A DNA stretch of 64,000 bases from assembly GCA_963693365.1 (NCBI GenBank), contig CAVNZM010000006.1, positions 4,815,264 to 4,879,263 of the forward strand, written 5' to 3'. This document shows, in pieces, positions 38,223 to 49,763 of this stretch (position 1 is its first letter; each line of letters opens with the position of its first letter). The DNA is from Amoebidium appalachense. Lineage: Eukaryota; Protista; Ichthyosporea. The notes below the pieces were generated by a model. It saw only the letters and a program-made list of their open reading frames with translations. It did no database searches and was not told where the DNA came from. Position numbers and translations under genes: made by a program.

Positions 38223-38639
38223 GCTACTAGAGATTTCATGTTCAACACACACACCCCAGGTTGCATGCAAGGATATGATATCACAATAAGCTTTCGATTA
38301 ACCGACTTAAATACGACTCCCGGTGCCCTCAACTTGAGTCAAGATCACAGTTATTGTGGCATTGTGTGGGCTGGCCCCGGATGCACGTATGTATAATACC
38401 CCCCCCCCCCCCCCCCCCCGAACTCCTCCCCCCCCCCCCCCCCCCCCCACACCCCTCCCCCCCTCCCCCCCCCCCCCCCTACCCATCCCTCCTTTTCTCC
38501 TTCTCCAATAATAGCTACTTGTGGGCAAGTTGCCGGCAGACTTAAATAAATTCCACGGGCAAAAATTGAAAAGTGTTCCGATATTCCAGGTGTTCATGAT
38601 GACATGTGCCTCCTCTCACGGCCACCCCCCCCCCCCCCC

Positions 38640-40868
38640 TCTACTGCACATCGATAGTCTTATGTCTCGTGGTATCTTTTCCTCTGCATATCTACACCGC
38701 TTTAACACCTCCAACATCGTTAGGATGAAGGAGCACCTCCTTGCTTTCCCCACCGGCATTGCTCAACCTCGCCTTTCACAGATTGCTGCGTGCCTCAAAC
38801 GTGAATTACGTAGTCGTTTTGAACTTGAACGTGTTGACGTGTCGCAACCCCATGTGATGTTGGTGTCTGTGTTTCATAACTCCGGGCTCGATAGAATCCC
38901 TTTGCAACGCATCATCAAAGACAAAGAAATACATGCTCTCCTGCCGCTTGAAATGCGTAAATTCCGTATCTCTGCTGTGTGGAAATATGTGTCTACCCTG
39001 GGCTACACCACTATCAACTGCAAACACACCGCACGACTCCCGCAGGACACCATTGCAAACATCCATGCACAACCCTGCCCTTGCAACGACCCGCACTATG
39101 CGCCATACGTACACCCACAACACGGACACGTGCTTACATCGCGCTTAGACATTCCCGGCCTGCCCGCAGACTTTGCATCGCTCATGCATTTTGGAACCAA
39201 GTTCCGAATGCAGGTCGAACAGACGGAGGACACCACCTGTAGCAATTTATTGACACAGGCGTTGCAAAGTTTCTGTAACAAGATGTACGATCTTGGTATG
39301 GCAGCTTATCCCTCTTTGGATCCGTGGGCAGCCGCCGTCTTTACTAAGTGTCGCCCCTTCCTGCCATATGCACAACATGCACCCAACACACACACCGTAC
39401 CACAAGCTTCTGTGCTTCTACTGCGTCGCTTCCAAAAACGTTTCGTAGTCACCACAATGGATAAAGCTAGCAACACGTTCGTGATCGTCTGCAAAAAACA
39501 CTACGTTAGCAGCATTACAGCCGAACTGCATGCACCTGCCGCAACATACACCGTCTGCAACACTGCACCAAAAGACATTGTTGCACAACACCTTGCATTT
39601 CTCAAAACACATGACATAAAAGGCACACCAGGACGTCGCACTGCACGCTTGCCCACATTTCAGGCCATAGTTAAAATGCACAAAACACCACCCACCTTCC
39701 GTTTCATTGCCAACTCCTCTGCCACATCACTTGAACCTCTCTCCCGCCTTCTCACTAGTGTGTTTAAGTTCGTCTCCCCTGATGTCGAACGTATGTGGTG
39801 TGATGTTGTCAAACCCCACCTGCCACACAACACTAGCTCTTGCATTCTCACGGATAGCACCGCACTCACACACACAATCAACGCCCTTAACCGTACCACA
39901 CGCCAACACGAAAATACGCCCGTGTCTGTGTTTGATTTTTCCACACTCTACACCAAGATTGACTTGCATGATTTGAAAGCTCGCCTCACTACACTGATTG
40001 ACGCAATATTTGTCAAAAAATGCACTGACGCTCGCAAACCACACATGTTTATTAAGAAAACCGGCTCCACGTTGTCCTGGGTGGATCGTGTAGATGATGA
40101 TTCCCAGGATGATTCCTTTGAGCCTAAAGAACACTCTCTGCATCTCTCTAAGGCACAGCTTGTGGATTTTCTATGTTTCCTCGTAGATAACATATATGTT
40201 GTGTTTGGCGATACCCTCTACAAACAGGACATTGGTATCCCCATGGGTACAAACTGTGCTGTTTTCTTGGCTAATTTCTATCTCTTTACTTATGAGTTGA
40301 TTTTGTTCGCAAGCTTATTGCACACGAACGCATTGATGTCTTGGTAGATTTTCAGTTTACTCGCCGCTACATAGATGATTTGATCTCCCTTCATAATCCT
40401 CGCATTCGCTCCCACCTCTATTTAGAAGATTGTGATTTCGGTCTGTATCCCAAGACCAGCCTTCAACTCAACCCTGCCGGTTCCTCCCCCTCTGTCCCCT
40501 ACCTCGACTTGCATATCACCTGCACTAATCACGGCATTCACACAACCATCTACAACAAGCTCGACACACCCACGTTCAATAAACTAGACATCGTTCGTTT
40601 CCCACATCACGACTCATTCATCTCCCGCACTGCAAAATACGGCATCATGACAAGTCAAATGCATAGCTACCAGCGCAAATGCTCCACACTTGCTGCATTC
40701 ACCACATGCACTGCACGACTTGCTAAAACATTGCTTAACAAAGGCTACTCGTTTAGACTCTTGCACCACAAAATGCACAGCTTTCTCGCCACACACCCGC
40801 ACATATACCGTGGCGTTCACTCCTCTCACATACTCTCCATCATCACTAAAAAGATCAACACTCCCTAG
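38640..40868 (+). pseudogene. Penelope-like reverse transcriptase ORF, N-terminally truncated, one frameshift near 40298
   Basis: Contains CPC…HGHVLT, MDKASN, KMHK…FRFIA, FDFSTLYTKI, QDIGIPMGTNCAVFLANFYL, RYIDD, PYLDL and IVRFPH…KYGIMTSQ. Restoring 1 nt gives TYE-x-DFVRKLIAHERIDVLVDFQFTRRYIDD. There is no C-terminal GIY-YIG, consistent with the clade that carries the endonuclease N-terminally (lost here). Confidence 0.9.
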
Positions 40869-41310
40869 TCCCCCACTCTATCCCGGTTTCCCCCCCCCCC
40901 CCCCCCCTCCCCCCCCTACCAGCCCCTACACCTCCCCCCCCCCCCCCCCCCCCTCCCCCCTCTCTCTCTCCCTCTCTCTCTCCCTCTCCCTCTCTCTCCC
41001 TCCCTCTCTCTCTCTCTTTCGTTCTCTCTCGTTCTCTCCCTCCCTCTCTCTCTCTTTCCCTCTCCCCCTCTCTCCCCCTCTCTCCCCCCCCTCCCCCTCC
41101 CCCCCCCCCCCCCCCCCCCCCCCTCTCTCTCCCCCCGCTCCTTTTCCCAAGCAATTCCCCCGCCGTTCTTCTTTCTCAGCCGGCTAGGTTTTTGGGTTGC
41201 CTGGTAAGTTTTGAAATGGAGGTCTCGTCTCTGATCTGTCCACCACAGAGGTTTTTTTTTTTTTTTTTTTTTTTTTCCTCTCTCTCCTCCCCCCCCCCCC
41301 CCCCCCACTC

Positions 41311-41473
41311 AGACGCAATTGATGACTTGGGCCCTCCCTGAGGATGGGCTCTGCTTATGACGCATACTGTGCGCATGGCTGATGCTGCATACTTGAATGT
41401 TTGCCTTTGCATGTGTCCTGCACCATGCTTCTCATCGTGTATGCGTACTTCGTACTGTGTTCCGCATTCAAAC
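41311..41473 (+). mobile_element. Subfamily-B 3'-end fragment nested in an internal C tract of the long element
   Basis: gggccctccctgaggatgggctctgcttatg…tacttcgtactgtgttccgcattcaaa(C)n. Absent from the 26488-28146 copy; matches 15243-15339. Confidence 0.85.
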
Positions 41474-41849
41474 CCCCCCCCCCCCCTCCCCTTTTTTTTT
41501 TTCCCCCTCCCTCCCTCCCCTCTCCCCCCCCCCCCCCCCCCCCCCCCCCCCCTTTTTTTTTTTTTTTTTTTTCCTTCTCCTCTCCCCCCCCCCCCCCCCC
41601 CCCCTTCCCCTCCTACCTTCTTTCCCCCCCTTCCCCCCCCCCCCCCCCCCCCCCCTCCCCTGGCCAAACCCTGTATACACTCTTCTCATCAGCAGGTCTC
41701 TAACCCACTCTGCAGAACGTTTTACGCATTTCTCCCCTCGGAGAACTTGGTCGTTGGTGCGTTTTTGTCTGACATCTAACGACTCTGCAGGGTCCCCTGA
41801 GACTACTGACACTCTAACATTCCCTCCCCTCTCTTACTTCACACACACA

Positions 41850-41881
<32 letters not shown>

Positions 41882-42070
41882 CCCCCCTTCCCCTCCTCCT
41901 TCCCCTCCCATTTTCTCTGCACACTCAACAGGTCTTAACCAGCTCTGCACATCGTTAGTCACAATCTTCTCACATATATGAGAGAATGATCGTATTGGTA
42001 CGATTTGTCTAATATCTGACGATTCTGCAGCATCCCTAAGACCCCCCTCCCCCTCCCCCTCCCCACCCCC

Positions 42071-42194
<124 letters not shown>

Positions 42195-42279
42195 TTTTTT
42201 TTTTTTTTTTTTTTTTTGGCGCCTGTTGTTTTGCTTGTCATTTGTTGTTCTGGTTGATTACCTGTAATCTTCGCTTATT

Positions 42280-42327
<48 letters not shown>

Positions 42328-42894
42328 GTGCGGGGTTGCACATTACCGGTGTCTACTTTTCTTCTTACTGTTTTTCTCTCCACACACTTCATCTGTCCAC
42401 TTCTGCATACCCCCTTTCATAGCTATAGACACACTTCACACATTGCGTTACGCGCACGCATGCACACACCGCTCTGTTGGCGACAGCTCCCTTGGAACCC
42501 ATGCGGCATGTTACCCGCCGGCGTAACATAACTCGGACTATCGGTTTGGCTTTTTTCAAGCCCAAAGCAATGGGTGATACCATATTTCCGGCTGACATCC
42601 GGGGGCATAGCTTTCCGTTCGAAGACGATAAAGTTCCGCCCTAGTAAGCGTGTTACTACCCTGCGGCGTGGGTCAAATCTCATATTTTCCCCTCTGATTG
42701 CGAATTCTGCGGCCTTCGGGACTTAATTCTTTTCAGCTGGTGTAGTATGTTAGCCAGGGAAGTATCGACTTAGGTATCGACGGGGGAGCTTCCTAGAAGC
42801 CCCGTCTCCTGAGTTCCTATCTATATTTTTCTTGCTTCTGCTTACTGCTGCAACTTTACCCCCCGGCCTTTCCCACTGCCCTTGCCTGCATAAG

Positions 42895-43035
42895 CAACCC
42901 TGCTCGTCTCTGATCAAGACGGGTGACCTACTCATGTTCAAGTGAAACAGTATCTGAGTTGGGTTTCGTTAACGAGGGGAATAGGTCGAAACTCGGGTAC
43001 TGTGGATGACGTGGGCCCCCCCTGAGGATGGGCTC
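42895..43035 (+). ncRNA. Conserved structured RNA motif with hammerhead core segments (candidate self-cleaving ribozyme). Other copies at ~27914-28053 (+), ~32068-32208 (+) and ~57144-57287 (-)
   Basis: Covarying helices between two diverged subfamilies; invariant GTTGGG, GTCGAAAC and CCCTGA(G/T)GATGGGCTCTG. Activity is inferred, not shown. Confidence 0.6.
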
Positions 43036-43543
43036 TGCTTATTATGCATACTCTTTATGTATGGCTTGCATTCTGCATCGTGTTATCCGTTTGTTCTTGT
43101 GTACTTCGTACTTTTTGACGCATTCAAACCCCCCCCCCCCCCCCCCCCATCTTTCTTCCCCCGACTGACACACACACATCCTGTCCCTTCTCTCAAGGTA
43201 TCTTGTGCATCATATGTAGGTTTCAAGTTGGTGGTACCGGCGACTAATAGATGGATACGTGTTGTTTCAGTGCTAAACAAGGGGAACCGACGCCAGTCGG
43301 GGAAGCCTTTTGGTGTGGGAGTGGTGGGAGTGGTGGGGGGAGGCGGGAGAGTACATGCAAGGGGGAGGTAATTTTATGTGTATTGGGGGGGGGGGGGGGG
43401 GGGAGGCAGGTTAGGACAAGCGAATGGTTGAGGTGAGGAAAATGGAGAAGGGGAAGAGGGAGACGGCTAGGGGAAAGGATGGAAAGGGGGGGGGGGGGAG
43501 GGGGGAGGGGGGATGAAGAGTAAGGAGGCTGGAACTGTAAGAT

Positions 43544-43596
<53 letters not shown>

Positions 43597-43745
43597 ATGG
43601 GAAGCATGGCAGCATTGAATGTCCGGTCGGTTCAAATTATGTTGTGTTGTGCTAGGAGTCGCAGAATTTAGAATCTTATGTTAAATTGGTTAGGGAAAAA
43701 TCTCACCTCGTCTGATTTTGGTCTAAAAACCGCTGTACACGGGTA

Positions 43746-43870
43746 CAGGGGGTGATTGATTTAGAATTAAGATATATAGCTCAATAATTTTTTTAAAAAG
43801 GTCATAAGGGCTTACCAAACCTACATTTTTGTCAAAACGGGGGGTGGGGCCGGGGGGGGTGAGGGGAGGG

Positions 43871-43915
<45 letters not shown>

Positions 43916-44117
43916 GGGAGGGGGGGGGGTTGGACACTGCATTGATTACAAAGTGACTTGAATGAATTTCACAAAGGTAGCACGCAATGCTTCAGTAACA
44001 TTTTCCTATTTAAAACCGTGATGCTGCATGGATTCATAAAGTTTTCCTGTAACAACAGCCCCCCCCCCCCCCCCCCCCCCTTCCTTCCCCTCCCCCCCGA
44101 GCTCTCCCCCCCCCCCA

Positions 44118-44158
<41 letters not shown>

Positions 44159-44210
44159 CCTCCCCCCGCAGGGGCCCTCGCGCCACGAGGCTCAGGACGT
44201 GTGTCTTGTT

Positions 44211-44255
<45 letters not shown>

Positions 44256-44817
44256 CCTCCCCCATCGGCCCCGTTCTTCTCTCCTTTTTCTCCCCTTTGT
44301 CTAAATGCCATGCAACTCATACCACACATTTACAGGTTTCTGTGAAGATATCTCTGAACTTTACACTGTAGAAGGGATGGGGTTTATGCCCAAGCAGCAC
44401 TTGGCCCGACCCTAGAACCAAAAAGGGGTGACCATAAATCGGCCCAGAAGAACCCCCTTTAAGATGTGTTTGAAATGACTGCCCTGACATTCTCTGCCTC
44501 ACCTTTAGCAACGTTCATTCAGAGTATAGGATTTGTAGAGCACACGCCTGGCACGTGCATGATGAGTTAATTTTTTAATCGATCATAACCGGGTCCCGTG
44601 CCCCCCCTCCCCCCTCCCCCCTCAGTCCCCCCCCCCCCCCCCCCCCCCCCCGCTTCCCTCCTCCCTCCCCCTCCTCCCCCCCCCCCCATCCCCACCCCCA
44701 CAACCGGCCGAAAATGGCACAGTAAAGTTAAAGATAACGGAGTCTATGGACCCAGGGAAATTAACATACTTTGGCCTATTTTCAAAGTACCCGCTAAATG
44801 TTTTCAGTCACCCCCTG
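43746..44817. mobile_element. Non-autonomous Tc1/mariner-like element (short TIRs, TA TSD)
   Basis: TA|cagggggtgattga … tcagtcaccccctg|TA. The interior is non-coding and interrupted by G/C tracts. Confidence 0.6.
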
Positions 44818-45171
44818 TAGATCATCTAGGCTAGGCATGTAAGCGACCAGCAGTATGATTAAAGGCAACTGGGTTATTGGCCGCACCCAATAACACAAAC
44901 ACGTCCAAAAACAACGTGCGGGAACAAATTGTTTCGATCGCTATCACACATCTCAGACGGTTTGTGAATTGTTAGATTAAAGACACACCACTCAAGCACA
45001 AGGGGACGGACGTGTGTTATCTCTCACTCTATCTATCTATATGTCTTTGTCATAGTGAAGTATGTATACATCCGATGATATCCCCGTCCCCTCCCTCTCT
45101 CTACCTTCGACTCTTTCTCCCTCTGCCTCTCTCCCTCCCCCCCCCCCCCCCCCCCCCGGCCACCAGTCTCG

Positions 45172-45202
<31 letters not shown>

Positions 45203-45363
45203 ACTCTCTCTCTTTCTCTCTCTCTCTCTCTTCCCCGCTCTCTCTCTCTCTTTCGCTCTGAAATTTTGCTCACTGAGTCACGGTGGGTTGGGCTGGGGGG
45301 ATGACGCTTATTAACTAGCTCAGTAGTAAGTTACCACAGAACACGAACCAGAAAACCGCACGT

Positions 45364-45434
<71 letters not shown>

Positions 45435-48400
45435 AAAGGGGTGGGGGGGATGATCCCAGCAATCTGCCAGTATGGCGTGTGAGTGCGTGTGTGTGTGTGT
45501 GTGACTGTGCTTGCGTCTGTGCGTGTATGATGTACGTACACGAGTGGAGGTGGGTGCGTATACGTATGTGTGTGTGTGGGTGTGTGCGCGGAGAGACTCA
45601 GAGAGAATCCGTGGGAAATTGAGAAATCCTTTTCAGAAAGACTTTAATACGAGGTTGGGGGGCCGAGAGTGACTAGCAACACCAGAAAAACACGAAGAGA
45701 GGGAGAAACGGTGGCACTATGTGTGTGCACATGTGGCTCCTCGAACAGAAAATACATTACAGGCTCAGACTCTGAGAGCGTGTCTGAGCCCCTCCCCGCC
45801 CCCCCCCCCCCCCCCCCTCTCCCTCCCTTGCCCCCCTTCCCCCCCCCCCCCGCCCCTCCCCCCCATGGCCTAACTAACCTTGAAGTTGTCCATACTATTT
45901 AAAAGCTAAGACTCTTTTAACTCCTTCCCCTCTCCCCCCCCCCCCTCCCCCCCCCCCCCTCCCTGTTTTATGATCATCGATATCCGGTGCACGTGATGTT
46001 CCTTCACAGCTCACCTACATGTCGGTAATGAACAGCGTACATCCCCCCTCCCCCCCCCCCTCCCCCCCCAGGGCCTCCCCCCCCCCCCTCCCACCCCCCC
46101 CCCCCCCCCCCCCCTCCCTCCCCAACAACAACAAAAGCAAAAGAAAAGTATTATCAAGTTGCCAAGTTCTGTGTTCACGTATATCATCAGTGCTGGTCAG
46201 GGTTAGCCACCACGGGGATTGAACGTACTGTTGGGGAATTGGTTTTTGTGGTTGTCAATACATGTACAGGTGTAGATGATACTTTTTTGAAAAATTAAGT
46301 ATTCGATCAATCGATATGTTTTATGTAGCCAACGAGAAGAAAGTGTGATATATCAACCACGTGTTGCTATGCATTTTCGTGCACGTGTCACAACCGAGCC
46401 AATAGTTGTGCATATTTAGAAGGTTAAATCGAACATACTAAATAATTAGTGATATCAGTTGATAGATAGATAATCATGAGTACCATGATAACTTGAGTCC
46501 ATATTTAGTTTTTGTGGCCATGGCTCCTGCAGCCAGTGATCATGAACGTTTCGATAGGCTGGGACCAGAACGAATCACATGCCCCATAAATCCTTGTCCA
46601 TTCACCGAATTTCACCCCGGCCCAATTCACAACCTTATCAGTTCTAAAGTCTTCTCAAGCACGAACCACATGCTCCAGTAACTCCATTCATCATGATCCA
46701 AGACTTCCAAGTTCATTTAGTTCACAGGCTTATCAGTTACAAGGGGCCTCCTCTGTGTGCATGTGATTGGGAGATTTATGATCAGGATTAGCAGTCGTTG
46801 TGCAGATCGATCATTCATGGGCAAGCGGCTGAGATTGTGAACACAGATTGAGCACGGTCTTTGAGCACCTTATAAACCTTGTACATACAAGTACATATGC
46901 GTGCAGTGTCGTATGCATCGTGTACATATGGCAGCACGGTCCGTTTGTGTCAATCAGTTGTGTATAAGTGCTCAACTAACTTAAAAAAATAGGGAGACTC
47001 CCATGATTCAGAATTGGCTATCGATATATCTACAACCTACGCATAGGCATGCGCATGTACATGGCATATCACACGATGTCGTGGCACCTAGTATTGGGTG
47101 TTCCATTCACTCACTCACGAATGCATATTAACGGGGGATTTTTATACTACCAACATATCAATATATGTATGATCTACAATAATAGCAGAATAATATTACA
47201 TAGATAGTACCGCCGGGCTGGAAACCATGATCGAGTGAGCCAGCTTCTCGGAGCTCCGAGTGATCTTCGCACGGGCCTCTGAATCACTGATCCAGGTGCA
47301 CATGAGTCACAGTGACGGTCTCCGTACGCGTTGACGGGCAACGGCTCGGACGACTGTCGGTTGTCCGACTGGCGACTCGAGCGAGGTGCACGATGGTACG
47401 GTGCTAATGTTTCTTCTCCTCTTTGTGTCACTTCAAAAATCTCTGTTCTGTCCTGGCTGTCTGTTTACTACTTGTACAGTACAGTGCATATGCATGTACA
47501 TGTGGGCATGATATGACCGGTACCCGCGCAAGCTATATAGCTAATCATAACTAGCTACAAACGGTGCACGTGCACCACGTATTATGAGCTGTGGCGCTTT
47601 CGAGCATCATAGTAGTACAATAGGACATAGCTACCCTTGCTGAGTCCCGATAACGTTTTTTTCTCAATCGTTAATAAGAGACCTATAGTGGCATACAGGC
47701 TTCATATATATGCGTGAAGGTAGCTCATATCATGGTATATACAGTGTGTATGTATACACATGAGTAATATGCAAATTAGTATGCATATATATAAACAATG
47801 GCACGGTGCGCCTGCAACCCGTCTCTAGGTGAATGTTGCGAGCAACCGTTCGGCTTCAGCCCCATGGCCCCAGCTCATGGCCCCATGCCATGATCAATCT
47901 GCCCAGCCCACTGGCCACACAGTGCCACCCATACGTTTATAAAACTATATAAAAAAAGTATGAATATATATCACCGCGGTGCCGGTAATACATCACAACT
48001 ACTGTGGCACACGTGCACGCACGCTTGATCAAAGTGTTGTAATCACGCGTGATCCATTCCTTTGGCGATCTAATTAGAACTTTCATCTGTTTGTCCCATT
48101 GCAGATCGAACATTGCTTGCATGTAGTAAAAAGACGACACGCGTACACACGCGACAACCTACGGGACTGAGAAGCACACATGGACGTATAGGGAGGAGCA
48201 GCACCGCTAATCTTGGGTGAGTGACCGCGGGGTGTTAGTTTTGTTTACTAGAGAGTCTACTACAAGGTTGCATCGAGTCAGCCTACAGCGCTGCCTGCGC
48301 TCGGAGCTTCGTAGCTCGTTTAATTGGGCTTTGTATTGTCAATTCAACAATTGTAACAATAACCATTTCTGGTAAAACACAGACCAATCCGTTCCGACGC

Positions 48401-49112
48401 CGGGACCTTGGGGCCCCGGGCGCCGCCGTAAAAGTGTAGCACAGACAAAACGCGACATACAGCACTTATTGATAAATCCAGGCGCTGCTTTTGTGTTTTT
48501 TGGTCTAATTACAATGCCTGAGCGCCGTGTTCGGATCGACACTTTCGAAAGCTCAAGATTCGAAACCAATAGAAAACGACACTCGCACTAAAAAGGCATC
48601 ATCGAAAGCAAACATCTCCAGACTTCCATTTTGGAAAGCCTTTATTGATGATTTATAAGTATGGCTGTGGTGTTACGGTGTGTGTGTGTAGGGGGTGGGG
48701 GCGTATGCATGCCATGTAGTTTAAATAGCTCCCGATTCCCCCGCGCACGTTTTAGTAAACTGAACAAACTGTTTTACCCTCCTCGTAGCCACCAGGCTAA
48801 GTTCTGTCAACCAAGAAGGCGCCTCGCCAATAGGAATCGGCATTTGGAGAAAAGCAACTTCGAAAGAGGCTCTAGAGGCACATTTGATTGGATCCCCACT
48901 CGGCCGTTCAGTATAACTATAACAACAGGATTATGTCGGGATATTCCTTTTATAAATTGGTAGTTAAATTGAAATAAATATCCTGAGACTATTTCTTCCA
49001 ATAGATACTTGTTCATATGCATATATCCTGTAATTACAATCAAGTTGCAGAATCAATTTCACTGGTTATTTCATTTCATAGGCAGAACTGGCCCGGGTCT
49101 TGCCCGCTACAA

Positions 49113-49194
49113 TAGATGGCGGCGTGCGCGCATGCGCATGGGCCTGCACAAGTTGCCTGCAACTTCCGGGTTTGCCAAACCGCATATGTATAAA
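49113..49194 (+). promoter_or_regulatory. Candidate promoter of the bZIP gene
   Basis: Clustered AGATGGCGGC (YY1-like, 49114), GCGCATGCGC (NRF1-like, 49128), ACTTCCGG (ETS-like, 49162) and TATAAA (49189-49194). Confidence 0.45.
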
Positions 49195-49287
49195 GGCACA
49201 GGCGGTGACCCTGCCAGCACCAGAAACGACACCTGTTTCTTCTTATTTTTTAGCCACTTTGAAAAAGAAGACAATTTCAGTATCTCA

Positions 49288-49686
49288 ATGTCAACCACTA
49301 ATCCTTATGATACAACCGGGCGTTGCACCTTAGGATCTGCCATTCCCTGCGACGTTTACTGATTGTTGTGGTTGTTAACATAAGTGTCGTGAACCCTTCT
49401 TGTCCATCTGGATCCTTTCTTTAGCTAGATCGTTTTGTTGTAGTTACTTAAATAAGTAATGCACTTGTAAAAAAAAGCATGTAGACAGCGACCTTCGGCG
49501 CACACAAATATACTCATCTGGCCATACACTGTTCAAACAATATGCTTGTCAACAATACCCATTGAGTCTGATCCAGTAATTAGAAGGCTGAGGTAGATCT
49601 TACTAATGCTTCTCATCACAACCCTTATTTATATGAAACCAACCCACTTATCTACCCTCCTAAAAGAACAACTTACCTCAAAGTGA
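49288..49686 (+). promoter_or_regulatory. Five short upstream ORFs in the putative bZIP 5' leader
   Basis: ATG-to-stop at 49288-49362, 49459-49470, 49479-49484, 49542-49565 and 49606-49686. Depends on the TSS lying near 49220 and the leader being unspliced. Confidence 0.4.
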
Positions 49687-49763
49687 AGAATATAGTATTG
49701 GTAGTCCCCGTGCACAAACCACAGCGTGTTATCAGATCCATCTTCCCAAAAGCATTTCGACAG

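Noticed and set aside
42016-42022. CTGACGA/CTGAGGA (also ~27144) as another hammerhead core
   Set aside because: No partner GAAA strand; the sequence is paired within a long helix and is not conserved in the 41695 homologue.
42910-42999. Canonical type I hammerhead using CTGATCA…GTCGAAACTCGGGTA
   Set aside because: CTGATCA lacks G8 and is replaced by TTGGCCA in subfamily C; no stem I forms after GTA.
43005-43045. SECIS element (some Naiads encode selenoproteins)
   Set aside because: ATGA is present but there is no apical AA or matching GA quartet, and no in-frame TGA in the visible RT.
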